Assembly (NCBI GenBank): GCA_963675755.2
Contig: CAXXMD010000002.1
Location: 672,001-736,000 of the forward strand
DNA length: 64,000 nucleotides
Source of the DNA: a bacterium
GTDB taxonomy: Bacteria > Zhuqueibacterota > Zhuqueibacteria > Residuimicrobiales > Krinioviventaceae
Reading direction: 5' to 3'
Made by a program: the position numbers and the translations under genes. Of this stretch, positions 1 through 10,737 are shown one piece after another. Numbering within the stretch: position 1 is the stretch's first letter; each line of letters starts with the position of its first letter. The notes under the pieces are model-generated. The model searched no databases. It saw only the letters and a program-made list of their open reading frames with translations, and had not been told where the DNA came from.

Positions 1-2
1 AA

Positions 3-929
3 ATTACCAAAACGGCAATTTGTGGTACAGATGTTCATATTTATAAATGGGATGAATGGTCTCAAAAGACCATTAAAACTCCTATGACGATAGGGCATGA
101 ATTTGTTGGCGTTGTGGTTGACAAGGGGGAGAATGTTACAAGATACAACATTGGGGACCGTGTGTCTGGTGAAGGACATATTGTTTGTGGCGTTTGCAGA
201 AGCTGCAGAGCCGGACGTTTACATTTGTGTACCAACACCATTGGCATTGGTGTGAACCGTGATGGATGTTTTGCCGAATATCTAAGCCTTCCGGCATCGA
301 ATGCATGGAAGTTAAGCCAAAACATACCTGATGATACAGCCGCATATTTTGATCCCTACGGTAATGCTACACATTCAGCGTTATCATTCGATCTTGTAGG
401 TGAAGATGTTCTCATTACAGGTGCTGGCCCCATAGGACTAATCAGTTGTGCAATTGCGCGGCATGTAGGTGCACGTAATATTGTCATTACCGATGTGAAC
501 GAGTATCGTCTTGAGCTTGCCCGGAAAATGGGCGTGACCTGTGCGGTTAATGTTGCAAAAACATCCATTGAACAATGTCGTAAAGAGCTGGGAATGATTG
601 GTTTTGATATAGGATTGGAAATGTCTGGTAATCCCGTAGCCTTTGAATCTATGCTTGAGAACATGTACCCGGGTGGCAGAATTGCATTATTGGGTATTTT
701 GCCGGGAAGAGCCCTGATTGATTGGGAACAGATCATTTTTAAAGGATTAACCATTAAAGGTATTTATGGTCGTGAAATGTTTGAAACCTGGTACAAAATG
801 GAAACCATGCTGCAGAGTGGTCTGGATATTTCACCTGTATTAACACACCGTTTCCCCTTTGAAGAGTTTGAATCCGGCTTTGAAGTCATGCTTTCAGGAA
901 ATTCTGGTAAAGTAGTACTTGAGCTATAG
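3..929 (+). CDS. tdh: L-threonine 3-dehydrogenase (5'-truncated by window edge)
   Basis: Frame is open from base 3 ([14 protein letters not shown]) into the ORF with GHEFVG, Zn cluster [23 protein letters not shown]; adjacent to kbl. Confidence 0.95.
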   Translation: MTKTAICGTDVHIYKWDEWSQKTIKTPMTIGHEFVGVVVDKGENVTRYNIGDRVSGEGHIVCGVCRSCRAGRLHLCTNTIGIGVNRDGCFAEYLSLPASNAWKLSQNIPDDTAAYFDPYGNATHSALSFDLVGEDVLITGAGPIGLISCAIARHVGARNIVITDVNEYRLELARKMGVTCAVNVAKTSIEQCRKELGMIGFDIGLEMSGNPVAFESMLENMYPGGRIALLGILPGRALIDWEQIIFKGLTIKGIYGREMFETWYKMETMLQSGLDISPVLTHRFPFEEFESGFEVMLSGNSGKVVLEL

Positions 930-977
930 AAATCATTTGAATGTTTTACAGTAAATTAAAATCGAGTTGGAGGCGCC

Positions 978-2162
978 ATGTACGGGGCAATCAAAGATGA
1001 TTTGCAGAACCAATTGAACGATATAAAAAATGCAGGATTGTACAAGAATGAACGTTTGATAACCGGTAAACAAGGTGCAGAAATTCAGGTTAAATCCGGT
1101 TCTGTTATCAATTTTTGTGCGAATAATTACCTGGGCTTGTCCGGGCACCCGGAAGTTATCAAAGCTGCTCAAAAAACAATGGACGAATGGGGATATGGAT
1201 TATCATCTGTTCGTTTCATCTGTGGAACACAGGATATTCATAAACAACTTGAAGCTAAAGTATCTGAATTTTTAAAAACAGAAGACACTATACTCTATGC
1301 TGCTTGTTTTGATGCAAATGGAGGGGTGTTTGAACCCTTTTTTAATCAGGATTGTGCTATCATTACTGATGCTTTAAATCATGCTTCTATTATAGATGGT
1401 ATCCGTTTAACCAAAGCCCAAAGGCATATATATACACATAATGATATGCAGGATCTGGAAGATAAATTAAAAGCAACCCAGGATGCTAAATATAGAATAA
1501 TCGCAACCGATGGTGTATTTTCTATGGATGGAGATATTGCTCCATTAAAAGAGATTTGTGATCTTGCGGACCGTTATGATGCCCTGGTAATGGTTGATGA
1601 TTGCCATGCTACCGGTTTTATGGGCAAAACCGGTAGAGGTATTACAGAGCATTGTGATGTTATGGGACGAGTTGATATCATAACAACAACATTTGGTAAA
1701 GCTTTGGGTGGAGCATCCGGTGGATGTGTATCTGGCAGAAAAGAAATAATCGAATTTTTACGCCAGAAAAGCCGTCCATATTTGTTCTCAAATACACTTG
1801 CGCCGGCCATTGTGGGTGCAACGCTTCGTGTATTGGAAATGTTAACAGCAAGCACCGAGTTGAGAGATAAATTGGAAGCAAACACAAAATATGTTCGTGA
1901 TAAATTTTCAAGCCTGGGATTCGATATTAAGCCCGGAACACATCCCATTATTGCTGTAATGCTTTATGATGAGAAAACAGCACATCAACTTGCTGATACT
2001 TTGCTGGATGAAGGCATATATGTCATTGGCTTCAGCTATCCGGTTGTTCCAAAAGGTCAGGCACGCATTCGTGTACAAATATCTGCTGCTCATGATAAAG
2101 AACATTTGGATAAGCTTGTCAACGCATTTGAAAAAGTTGGTAAATCAATGGGTATATTATAA
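978..2162 (+). CDS. kbl: glycine C-acetyltransferase (2-amino-3-ketobutyrate CoA ligase)
   Basis: [39 protein letters not shown] lysine, [14 protein letters not shown]; GGAGG SD upstream. Confidence 0.95.
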   Translation: MYGAIKDDLQNQLNDIKNAGLYKNERLITGKQGAEIQVKSGSVINFCANNYLGLSGHPEVIKAAQKTMDEWGYGLSSVRFICGTQDIHKQLEAKVSEFLKTEDTILYAACFDANGGVFEPFFNQDCAIITDALNHASIIDGIRLTKAQRHIYTHNDMQDLEDKLKATQDAKYRIIATDGVFSMDGDIAPLKEICDLADRYDALVMVDDCHATGFMGKTGRGITEHCDVMGRVDIITTTFGKALGGASGGCVSGRKEIIEFLRQKSRPYLFSNTLAPAIVGATLRVLEMLTASTELRDKLEANTKYVRDKFSSLGFDIKPGTHPIIAVMLYDEKTAHQLADTLLDEGIYVIGFSYPVVPKGQARIRVQISAAHDKEHLDKLVNAFEKVGKSMGIL

Positions 2163-2168
2163 ATCATC

Positions 2169-2202
2169 AAGCCCGGGATAAATCCTGTTCCGGGCTTATT
2201 TT
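2169..2202 (+). terminator. probable intrinsic terminator after tdh-kbl
   Basis: AAGCCCGG...CCGGGCTT stem followed by ATTTT. Confidence 0.6.
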
Positions 2203-2241
2203 CTACTTTAATTCCATCAAAAATTTTCATACATTCATTCC

Positions 2242-3303
2242 ATGAAAAATAAAAGACAAACAAAAGCAGTTATGGTTGGAAATGTGCAAATTGGTGGCGG
2301 TGCCCCTGTATCTGTACAATCCATGACCAATACAAAAACCAAAAATGTTAAAAAAACCCTAAAGCAAATTCAATTGCTTGAAAGCGCAGGTTGCCAGATT
2401 GTCAGGTTGGCAGTAAATAATCAAAAAGCACTTGAAGGTTTTGCTGAACTCCGCAAAAAAGTTTCCATTCCTCTGGTTGCAGATATTCACTTTGATCATA
2501 AATTGGCTCTTGGCGCAATGGATGCCGGAGCAGACAAGATTCGGATCAATCCCGGAAATATTGGCAAAGAAGAACGTGTAAAAAAGGTTGTACAAAAAGC
2601 AATCGATTGCAATATACCCATCCGTGTAGGAGTTAATTCCGGGTCCATTTCTAAAAAAATTCTCAAGGAGGAGGGAGGACCAACTGTTAACGCCTTGGTC
2701 CGAAGCGGCCTGGAACACCTGGATCTTTGCCGTGAATTTGGTGCTGAACATCTTGTATTGTCATTAAAATCTTCTGATGTGATTAAGACCATTGAGGCAT
2801 ATCGCCTTGCTGCAGAAAAAACAGATGTACCACTGCATATTGGAGTTACGGAAGCAGGTACCCTGAAATCCGGAACCATTAAATCCGCTGTGGGGCTCGG
2901 TATTCTTTTACATGAAGGCATTGGTGATACTCTCCGTGTATCACTGACAGGGGATCCTGTTGATGAAGTTTATACCGGATTTGAAATACTCAAGAGTTTG
3001 GGACTGTATGAAAAGGGGATTGAGATTATTTCTTGTCCCACTTGCGGTCGTACAGAAGTAGATCTGATCTCTATAGTTAATGATGTAGAGACACGTCTTG
3101 CAAATGTTTCCAAGCACTTGACCGTTGCTATTATGGGATGTGTAGTAAATGGACCGGGTGAAGCCAAAGAAGCGGATGTAGGTGTTGCTTGTGGAAAGAA
3201 AAGTGCAGTGCTCTTTAAAAAAGGCAAGATTATTAAAAAAATAAAAGAATCAGAAATTATTGATACCTTGGTGAATGAAGTACAAAACTGGCCGGATCAA
3301 TAA
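2242..3303 (+). CDS. ispG: 4-hydroxy-3-methylbut-2-en-1-yl diphosphate synthase
   Basis: VQSMTNT, LVADIHFD, RINPGNIG, GIGDTLRVSLT, SCPTCGR and MGCVVNGPGE Fe-S motifs. Confidence 0.96.
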   Translation: MKNKRQTKAVMVGNVQIGGGAPVSVQSMTNTKTKNVKKTLKQIQLLESAGCQIVRLAVNNQKALEGFAELRKKVSIPLVADIHFDHKLALGAMDAGADKIRINPGNIGKEERVKKVVQKAIDCNIPIRVGVNSGSISKKILKEEGGPTVNALVRSGLEHLDLCREFGAEHLVLSLKSSDVIKTIEAYRLAAEKTDVPLHIGVTEAGTLKSGTIKSAVGLGILLHEGIGDTLRVSLTGDPVDEVYTGFEILKSLGLYEKGIEIISCPTCGRTEVDLISIVNDVETRLANVSKHLTVAIMGCVVNGPGEAKEADVGVACGKKSAVLFKKGKIIKKIKESEIIDTLVNEVQNWPDQ

Positions 3304-3375
3304 ATTATATTTTTCTATTCATTATTTGAGAAATTTTTTATTATATTTCCACACACAATTTGGAGGTTGTTAAGG

Positions 3376-3930
3376 ATGAAAAGACCAATTGTTACAGAAA
3401 TAATATTGATTCTAGCTCTTGTTTCCTTTTCAGTGTTTGCACAGGGCAATGCACCAAACGTAAATCTTACAAAGTTCAAGTATATTAATGTAGATACAGA
3501 AAACCTGAGAATGGGACCCAACGATAAAGTTATTGGCACAGCCCTTAAAGGTACAACAGTTCAGGTTATACAGGAAACAGATGAATGGGCGCTTGTTCAA
3601 ATGGTTGCGTGGATTTGGAAAGGCTCATTGACTAATGTAAAACCTGATGTTTTAAAAGGCGAATATCATGCATTGCATATTATGGTTTCTTCAAGAGATC
3701 AGGCAGAATCCATTCTGCGTGATTTAAGAAACGGTAAAAAAGAGTTCAGTGCCGCAGCCAAAGAATATTCCATTGCACCCAGTGCACAAAAAGGCGGTGA
3801 TCTCGGTTATTTTAACAAGGGTGATTTTTCCAAAGAATTTGAAGATGCAATATTGAAACTCAAAACAGATGAAATTAGTGAAGTAGTGCAAACACCGCTG
3901 GGATTCAATATTTTTAAACGCATTAAATAA
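3376..3930 (+). CDS. exported SH3-like + PpiC/parvulin peptidyl-prolyl isomerase
   Basis: Signal peptide; NLRMGP..IGT SH3b-like segment; ALHIMV, YSIAPSAQKGGDLGYF, ISEVVQTPLGFNI rotamase motifs; ATG 3376 follows GGAGG. Confidence 0.8.
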   Translation: MKRPIVTEIILILALVSFSVFAQGNAPNVNLTKFKYINVDTENLRMGPNDKVIGTALKGTTVQVIQETDEWALVQMVAWIWKGSLTNVKPDVLKGEYHALHIMVSSRDQAESILRDLRNGKKEFSAAAKEYSIAPSAQKGGDLGYFNKGDFSKEFEDAILKLKTDEISEVVQTPLGFNIFKRIK

Positions 3931-3933
3931 TCC

Positions 3934-4629
3934 ATGGAACGTCCTTTAAAATCAGAAATGAACTGCTTGATTGTTTTACCCGTCTACAATGAAGCGGATT
4001 ATATTTCATCTCTGGTTGAATCGATTTTGACATATCAAAATCAGATTGATATACTTTTAGTCAATGACGGGTCAACAGATGAAACCGCACAGGTAATTGA
4101 TAAACTGCCTGTCAAGATCATTCATCATGACCGGAACAAAGGTAAAGGTGCGGCAATTCGCACAGCTATTCAATATGGTAAAGAGAATGGATATGACTGG
4201 ATCATCACAATGGATGGAGATGGTCAGCATCCACCTGAATATTTGAATGGTTTTCTTGAGGAAATAGCTCTGGACAGAGCGGATCTTGTTTTAGGAAATC
4301 GTCAATCCCGTGAACAAGGCATGCCATTTCACAGACGCTTGAGTAACGGTACTACCTCTGTCATGGTATCCTTGTGTGCCGGTAATAACAGAATTCATGA
4401 CAGCCAGTGTGGATACAGGGCATTGCGGTTAAACAAATTCCATGATTCAAATTATACCCAATCGGGATTTCAATTTGAATCTGAAATGATTTTAAGAATG
4501 GGTAAATCCCGGTGTAGAATTACAGAAATACCAGTCAGTACCCATTATGGAAATGAAGCAAGCTCTATACACCTGGTATATGATACATTAAGATTCGTTA
4601 AACTGATCATTAACAGTTTTTTTTGGTAA
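3934..4629 (+). CDS. glycosyltransferase family 2 (DPM1-like)
   Basis: LPVYNE, VNDGSTDET, NKGKGAA, TMDGDGQH, DSQCGYR. Confidence 0.9.
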   Translation: MERPLKSEMNCLIVLPVYNEADYISSLVESILTYQNQIDILLVNDGSTDETAQVIDKLPVKIIHHDRNKGKGAAIRTAIQYGKENGYDWIITMDGDGQHPPEYLNGFLEEIALDRADLVLGNRQSREQGMPFHRRLSNGTTSVMVSLCAGNNRIHDSQCGYRALRLNKFHDSNYTQSGFQFESEMILRMGKSRCRITEIPVSTHYGNEASSIHLVYDTLRFVKLIINSFFW

Positions 4630-4638
4630 AGGAAAATT

Positions 4639-5136
4639 ATGCAGGAACAGATTATATATTATTTATCATCGTTACCCAACGAGTTAATTACTGTCATTAT
4701 ATCCATGCTGCCTATTGTTGAGCTGCGTGGAGCGATTCCCTGGGCATTGGCAGGACCGCCCATTGGTGGTGGATTACCAGTTTATTCCGCTGTATTTTTT
4801 GCAATCATTGGCAATTTGATTCCAGTCATACCCTTGCTGTTATTTTTTGAAAAAATCTATAAATGGTTATCACCTGTACCCGTGTTTAACCGATTCTTTG
4901 AATGGCTGTTCAATCGTACCCGTAAAAAAGGCGAACTGATTGAAAAGTACGAGTTTTGGGGACTTGTTGTATTTGTGGGTATCCCATTACCGGTAACAGG
5001 TGCCTGGACAGGCACACTGGCTGCTTTTTTATTTGGAATAAAATTATGGAAATCTTTTCTAGCCATAATTTTGGGCTTGCTTATGTCTTCCACAATTGTT
5101 ACATTATTAAGCTTGGGAGTAATTAGCTTATTTTAA
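4639..5136 (+). CDS. small multi-drug export family membrane protein (COG2426-like)
   Basis: SMLPIVELRGAIP and VGIPLPVTGAWTG motifs; hydrophobic helices. Confidence 0.85.
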   Translation: MQEQIIYYLSSLPNELITVIISMLPIVELRGAIPWALAGPPIGGGLPVYSAVFFAIIGNLIPVIPLLLFFEKIYKWLSPVPVFNRFFEWLFNRTRKKGELIEKYEFWGLVVFVGIPLPVTGAWTGTLAAFLFGIKLWKSFLAIILGLLMSSTIVTLLSLGVISLF

Positions 5137-5143
5137 ACAAGAT

Positions 5144-5218
5144 CGGGGCGTAGCGCAGTCCGGTTAGCGCGCCTGCTTCGGGAGTAGGAGGTCGGAAGTT
5201 CGAATCTTCTCGCCCCGA
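5144..5218 (+). tRNA. tRNA-Pro(CGG)
   Basis: CGGGGCG/CGCCCCG acceptor stem, anticodon arm CCTGC-TT-CGG-GA-GTAGG, GTTCGAATC T-loop; CCA not encoded. Confidence 0.95.
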
Positions 5219-5221
5219 CTG

Positions 5222-5254
5222 AAAGCCTGAATTTGAATACGTTCAGGCTTTTTT
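5222..5254 (+). terminator. intrinsic terminator after tRNA-Pro
   Basis: AAAGCCTGAA...TTCAGGCTTT stem plus T run. Confidence 0.75.
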
Positions 5255-5411
5255 AGTATTTACAATATCTATTCAAACAAATTTATGGGGAAATCAAATT
5301 AATATTTTAATCAAAATATATACTATCTTATTTGAAAAAATTAAATACCCATCAAATACAATTTAATTGGTAATTTTTAAAACAACAATTAACCAAAAAG
5401 GGGAATTTTTG

Positions 5412-6107
5412 ATGCATAAAATTTACGTTGTTTTAATAATCTTTCTAACTCAACTTGCTTTCGCAGGCTATGGAGTTGGAACTTCAGCTTTTGTTTCTTT
5501 AACATCTATGCCACCTGATGCACCAGTGCTGGCTGCGCCAACCCATGGCGCTACAGGTATTGCAGACTCTACCGCACTTGCATGGCATTCACAATTGCAT
5601 ACATCCGGTTTTCAGTTGCAATTATCCACATTTCCAGATTTTAGTACGACGCTAATTGATGCTGATGGCATAAGTGATACTTTGCTATCTGTTTCCGAAC
5701 TCGATCTCGGAACTTTGCATTACTGGCGAGTGAGTGCTTTTAATGCTGCAGGTGTTGGAGGCTATTCACCCACCTGGACATTTACCACGGTCCATCCAGA
5801 TAACGTTAAAGAGTTAACTTTAACACCTAAATCTTTCGCATTACTACCTGTGTATCCCAATCCTTTTAATCCGACTGCCTTTATAACTTATCATCTGCCA
5901 AAAACTGCCAAGGTTTCACTGGTTATTTACAACAGCGTTGGTCAGGCTATACACACACTTTTCAACGGACAACAACAGGCCGGTCGTTACACGATGCAAT
6001 GGGACGGTCACGACAATTATGGTCATTCTGTTACCAGCGGAATGTACCTGTGCCGGTTCTCAAGCGGTGAACATGTATTTGTTCAGAAAATGCTGTTATT
6101 GCGATAA
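5412..6107 (+). CDS. small secreted FN3-like protein with T9SS/FlgD-Ig-type C-terminal sorting domain
   Basis: Signal peptide; PDAPVLAAP..HYWRVSAFN FN3-like; YPNPFNP...WDG...SGMY...QKMLLLR C-terminal domain. Confidence 0.75.
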   Translation: MHKIYVVLIIFLTQLAFAGYGVGTSAFVSLTSMPPDAPVLAAPTHGATGIADSTALAWHSQLHTSGFQLQLSTFPDFSTTLIDADGISDTLLSVSELDLGTLHYWRVSAFNAAGVGGYSPTWTFTTVHPDNVKELTLTPKSFALLPVYPNPFNPTAFITYHLPKTAKVSLVIYNSVGQAIHTLFNGQQQAGRYTMQWDGHDNYGHSVTSGMYLCRFSSGEHVFVQKMLLLR

Positions 6108-6142
6108 TTCGTTGAATGTTGATCTGAAACCAAGAGGCAGAA

Positions 6143-8014
6143 ATGAAAAAAAATATAATTTTATTGATATTATTCATAATTAACGGATTACTTTTCGCAG
6201 CTGATCCGATTGTGGAAAATGTACGAGTAGAACAACGTGTAGATGGTTCATTACTTGTGGATATTTATTATGATGTTACTGATTCTGATGGAGATACATT
6301 AACTATTGCTGTGAATGTATCTGACGATAATGGAACAAGCTGGATGCCATGTTTAAGTGTAAGTGGTGATGTCGGTACCAATGTAATTTCCGGTACTGCA
6401 AAACATATCGTATGGGATTTTTTAACAGACAATCCAAATATCCGTGGTGATAATTTTCAGGTCAAGGTTATCGCTGCCGACAAGGAAACTCTACTGGATA
6501 TTGATGGTAATATTTACAAAACAGTTCAGATTGGCACTCAGATTTGGATGGCTGAAAATTTAAAAGTAACTCATTATAGAAATGGGGAGCCAATCCCTAA
6601 TGTAACTGACGATGTCGAATGGAGTCGCTTGGCAACTGGAGGTTTTTGCTATTATAATAATGCAGACAGTAATGCTGTGGATTATGGTGCTCTTTATAAC
6701 TGGTACGCCTTTGATGATGAGAGAAATATTGCTCCAGTAGGTTGGCATATTCCGACAGAAGAAGAATGGAAAAAAATGGAAGTTTTTCTGGGAATGAGTC
6801 TGGATGAAGTTGAACAAAGTGGTTGGCGTGGCCCTGGCATAGGTAACAAACTCAAAGACAATGATATGCGGTACTGGAATAATGAAAACAATGGTGCAAC
6901 TAATGAAAGTGGATTTAGTGCAAGACCCGGTGGTTATCGTAACGGTAACAATGGTAGTTTTCATGATATGGGTGATACAGTGCTCTTGTGGTCTTGGGAA
7001 GAGTATGATAATAATAATGCATGGAATCGAAATCTGTTCTTTGAAGACAATGAAGTATATCTCGGTATTACACAAAAGCGTATTGGGATTTCTGTTCGTC
7101 TCGTGTGTGATATTCCTGCTAAAGTAAAAATCACAGAACTAAATATATCACCCCAGGACACTTTATTAAATACCGGTGATACCTGTCAGTTTACCTGTAT
7201 AGCAAAATATACAGATGGTAGTGTTGAAGATGTAACCTCTTTTGCATCCTGGTCTATTTTATCAGGTACTTCTGGAAGCATTGATGATACAGGACTTTTT
7301 AAAGCGGATGATCTGAGTGAGGGAGACATAGTAGTACATGCTGATTATCAGAATATAACTGCGGTTGCCAATCTAAGTGTTCAATTTCCACCTGGGATGG
7401 GCTCAGTCACCGATATTGATGGCAATGTATACAAAACTGTAACTATTGGTGATCAAGTTTGGATGGCAGAAAACCTAAAAGTAACTCACTATAGAAATGG
7501 CGATCCAATTCCCAATGTTTCAAGTAATAATCAATGGCCGTATTTATACATTGGTGCTTTGTGTTATTATAATAATGATTTCAGTAATGCAGAGGGATAT
7601 GGTGCACTTTACAACTGGTATGCAGTTGTTGATGCCCGTAATATTGCTCCTGAGGGCTGGCATGTTCCTACTAATAACGAATGGGAAACATTGGTTGATT
7701 TTCTTGGTGGGAAAAAAATAGCTGGAGGTAAACTTAAGGAAACAGGTACTAAAGAGGCTGGTACTGGATTCTGGCAAGAACCGAATGCCAGTGCAACCAA
7801 TGAATTCGGGTTCAGCGCTCGACCTGGAGGCTACCGATTGGGCAGTAATGGCTCTTTTGAACAATTAGAGTGCGATGGCCGTTATTGGACAGCAACAGAA
7901 TACTATACAAATATTGCCTGGTTCCGATTTATGACACATGATAACGCTGATGTTTACCGTAGTAACTACTATACTCAGGGAGGTTTTTCTGTTCGGTTAA
8001 TTAAGGATAATTAA
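6143..8014 (+). CDS. secreted protein with two FISUMP (Fib_succ_major) domains and an Ig-like domain
   Basis: Two copies of DIDGNxYKTVxIGxQxWMAENL...YGALYNWYA...GWHxP...GFSARPGGYR...SVRL; intervening Big_2-like YTDGSVEDVT. Confidence 0.85.
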   Translation: MKKNIILLILFIINGLLFAADPIVENVRVEQRVDGSLLVDIYYDVTDSDGDTLTIAVNVSDDNGTSWMPCLSVSGDVGTNVISGTAKHIVWDFLTDNPNIRGDNFQVKVIAADKETLLDIDGNIYKTVQIGTQIWMAENLKVTHYRNGEPIPNVTDDVEWSRLATGGFCYYNNADSNAVDYGALYNWYAFDDERNIAPVGWHIPTEEEWKKMEVFLGMSLDEVEQSGWRGPGIGNKLKDNDMRYWNNENNGATNESGFSARPGGYRNGNNGSFHDMGDTVLLWSWEEYDNNNAWNRNLFFEDNEVYLGITQKRIGISVRLVCDIPAKVKITELNISPQDTLLNTGDTCQFTCIAKYTDGSVEDVTSFASWSILSGTSGSIDDTGLFKADDLSEGDIVVHADYQNITAVANLSVQFPPGMGSVTDIDGNVYKTVTIGDQVWMAENLKVTHYRNGDPIPNVSSNNQWPYLYIGALCYYNNDFSNAEGYGALYNWYAVVDARNIAPEGWHVPTNNEWETLVDFLGGKKIAGGKLKETGTKEAGTGFWQEPNASATNEFGFSARPGGYRLGSNGSFEQLECDGRYWTATEYYTNIAWFRFMTHDNADVYRSNYYTQGGFSVRLIKDN

Positions 8015-8118
8015 CTGTAATAAAGTATAAGAAAAAATCCCTTTTAGAGTAAAAGTACAGATAGAGTAAGGGCTTGTCTCTGGCACATTGAATCTTTTCA
8101 CTCCAAATGTACAAATTT

Positions 8119-8149
8119 AGCCTGGATATCAATTCATCCAGGCTTTTTT
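8119..8149 (+). terminator. intrinsic terminator between convergent genes
   Basis: AGCCTGGAT...ATCCAGGCT followed by T run. Confidence 0.65.
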
Positions 8150-8154
8150 ATTGA

Positions 8155-9336
8155 TTAAAGCTCTTTACTTGTTTCAACACGTTGATTATCATTAAAAAGA
8201 TAATTGCTTAAACCCAGCAATAAATAGGCTTCCTGTCGTACCATGGTTCTGTCATCATTTAATTTAAATTTAAAGTGACCATCTGGTTTTTTATATGCAG
8301 CAAGCTGGGGCAGGATCGTTTCTCGTATCGTTTCATATTTCTTTTCTTTTGCAAAAGTATAAATCAGCATCCCCAAACTCCACAATCGCGAGTTGAACTC
8401 TTTGTTTTGATATCCCTTTTCATTGTATTCATACCAGGTATTGCGTGTGTAAAATTTTGAAGAATGGTTGATGACTTTATCCCAATCCACATTTACCTCA
8501 CCACCATAATCTCTAAAATTCCGAATGCCTTCAACAATATAACACATGTGCAACAAGTCATGCGGTCTTGGGCTGTATGAACCATAATCCCAAAAGATAT
8601 TTTCGTTACTATCTTTTTGATAATTTTCCATCAAAATATCGATAATGTGTTTACTTTTTTTGTTCAAACAATTTTTCAATTTTTCATTATTGGTAATATG
8701 AGCAAATCGTTTCATTTGTCCTGCCAGGTAAACAGCAGGATTATAAGAGTCGTAGCCCAAATCATTGGGATTAAAAGAATATCCCGGAATATCCATGGGT
8801 GAATGATTGCAATCATCCAGATAGGGAGTAAAGCATTGTGTAACAATTTCTTGTATTTTTGTAGTCACAAGAGTATCCGTTTCCAGGTCGTACCAGTCAA
8901 GCAATCCATTCAATGCAAAAGCGGTTGTTATTGTATACTCTTGATGCGGCTGGTTGGTTGTTTTATCAGCAAATGCATCCCAGGGATCTGCCAGCCCATA
9001 GCCGTGAATTCCATTATGATTCAGATCCGAATTTTTCAGTAACCAATTACCGCATATACGAACAATTTTCAAAGCAAGAGAATCCTGTGTGAATTTGTAC
9101 CGGTTGCATTCTGCACTTAATATGAGTCCATAAGCCATTGGACGGTCTTTTTTTATTGAATCAAACACATCAATACCTCGCCCCGGATATTCTTTATCAA
9201 GGCTGTTAACAATTGAGTAATATGCTTCAAAAGCATTAAATAAAACAGGTTCTTCAATTGAAGTATTTTTGAAAATTAAACATGCGGAAAAGAATAATAA
9301 CGACAATAAAACGAACGAAAAAAAAGATTTTTTCAT
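8155..9336 (-). CDS. hypothetical lipoprotein, possible (alpha/alpha)-toroid enzyme
   Basis: Lipoprotein-like signal (FFSAC); helical pattern, GNWLL and YTITTA segments; family not securely recognised. Confidence 0.6.
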   Translation of the reverse strand: MKKSFFSFVLLSLLFFSACLIFKNTSIEEPVLFNAFEAYYSIVNSLDKEYPGRGIDVFDSIKKDRPMAYGLILSAECNRYKFTQDSLALKIVRICGNWLLKNSDLNHNGIHGYGLADPWDAFADKTTNQPHQEYTITTAFALNGLLDWYDLETDTLVTTKIQEIVTQCFTPYLDDCNHSPMDIPGYSFNPNDLGYDSYNPAVYLAGQMKRFAHITNNEKLKNCLNKKSKHIIDILMENYQKDSNENIFWDYGSYSPRPHDLLHMCYIVEGIRNFRDYGGEVNVDWDKVINHSSKFYTRNTWYEYNEKGYQNKEFNSRLWSLGMLIYTFAKEKKYETIRETILPQLAAYKKPDGHFKFKLNDDRTMVRQEAYLLLGLSNYLFNDNQRVETSKEL

Positions 9337-9597
9337 TTTTCCCCCAGACATATTTCATTAACAGTTCTTGGTACAAGAATTTCAGAGAATTAAGAATGTA
9401 AATAATTCGGTAACCCCTGGTATAACTTTGTACAAAAAAAATAAAATTTTAATTTATTTAGTAAATAATAACTATTTTATATGTTTTATTCAAGTCTTTT
9501 TTATTTTATAAATATAATAAACGTATGGAATATTCCTAATCCGTTATATAACATATGTTTCAGTGCATTGATCAATGTTCAGATTAAAGAGTTTATA

Positions 9598-10653
9598 CTA
9601 ATCAAAATTTACTTTAGGTAATTGTACCATTAACGTTTCTATAACTCGAGCTATGGCCTGTGGTTCCTGTGCAAATACAAGATACCCATGTTCAGAATCA
9701 ACAGATGAATCCCATATTGTATGCCATCTCAAAAAGCGGTTGTCACCGGGACTATCAGGTGACCATTGATCTGCTTTTAGAAATATTCGGGGTGTTCCTG
9801 TTGTGTTAAATTCCCAATAGTCAGATGCACCGCGTACTGCATAAAGCGCTGCTGTTTGATCTGAACTGTGAGAATTTCCAATTTCTAATCCTCGTTTTGC
9901 AAAAGAAATTCGATACGCTTCACGAACCGGATTATCAAGAGGAGTATCAACCAGTTCGGCTCCGGTTTGTACTTTAGCGCCAACCTTACCGGAAAAGACA
10001 ATGGGAGTAGGCCAGTTTTCAACAACATATTTGCCTGACTCGTATGCTGCTGCTATCACCTGGTTTCCCAATAAATTCATTTGAGGACGGTAATTTGATA
10101 TGTCAGGAGGATCCCAACCTCCACCCATCAATACAAGCTGTTTTACTTTTTGAGTAACAAGCTGGTATCCCTCTTTATCATGCAGTAAATCTCGCAAGTT
10201 GGTTGTCCAGCCTACAGAAAGAATCGTTACGGATTTATCATCCGAGTTTAAAAGTAGGTTTTTGTATACGTCCAAAGCAGGAGGGACGTCTTTTCGCGAG
10301 ATTTTATCCTTGTGGAATTTGGGATTTAGAGCGATAGATTTTGCATATTCCATTTTACCGCCAAACCAGCGGGATATTGCATCATCTTTTTTGTATGAAC
10401 CAATGGGTATATCAGGCCGGCCATACCAGGTATTAATTGCATCAATTACACCAACACCAAATTCGTCAGATGTATTATGCATTACTGCTAGTATATTGCA
10501 TTCACCATTATCTGCCAATGCATGCAACATGCCCAGTGTAGCTGCATCATCAATATCCGATTCCATATCGGTTTCGTATATAATATTGACCTGCGCATGA
10601 GATGCAAAAGTAAGAAATATAATAACATTGATCAAAATTTTGATAATTCGCAT
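9598..10653 (-). CDS. secreted nucleoside hydrolase-family protein
   Basis: Signal peptide; ETDMESDIDD Asp cluster, SVGWTTNL, LVLMGG, WPTPIVFSG, DQTAALYAVRG. Confidence 0.8.
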   Translation of the reverse strand: MRIIKILINVIIFLTFASHAQVNIIYETDMESDIDDAATLGMLHALADNGECNILAVMHNTSDEFGVGVIDAINTWYGRPDIPIGSYKKDDAISRWFGGKMEYAKSIALNPKFHKDKISRKDVPPALDVYKNLLLNSDDKSVTILSVGWTTNLRDLLHDKEGYQLVTQKVKQLVLMGGGWDPPDISNYRPQMNLLGNQVIAAAYESGKYVVENWPTPIVFSGKVGAKVQTGAELVDTPLDNPVREAYRISFAKRGLEIGNSHSSDQTAALYAVRGASDYWEFNTTGTPRIFLKADQWSPDSPGDNRFLRWHTIWDSSVDSEHGYLVFAQEPQAIARVIETLMVQLPKVNFD

Positions 10654-10737
10654 GATAAAACCCTGGAGTTAATCCCTGATTCCTTTTTATTAATGTATAA
10701 AAAAATCACAGGGAGTCAATGCGAAAAATGAATTTGA

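Noticed and set aside
6143-8014. Diversity-generating retroelement targeting the FISUMP or FGE-fold (48646-49476) genes
   Set aside because: No reverse transcriptase and no near-identical template repeat with adenine-specific differences seen in the window; the two FISUMP copies differ at all base types.
10672-10714. Hairpin TCCCTG...CAGGGA before the nucleoside hydrolase as a riboswitch
   Set aside because: Short, with an AT-rich interior and no aptamer motif; more simply a terminator-like stem.
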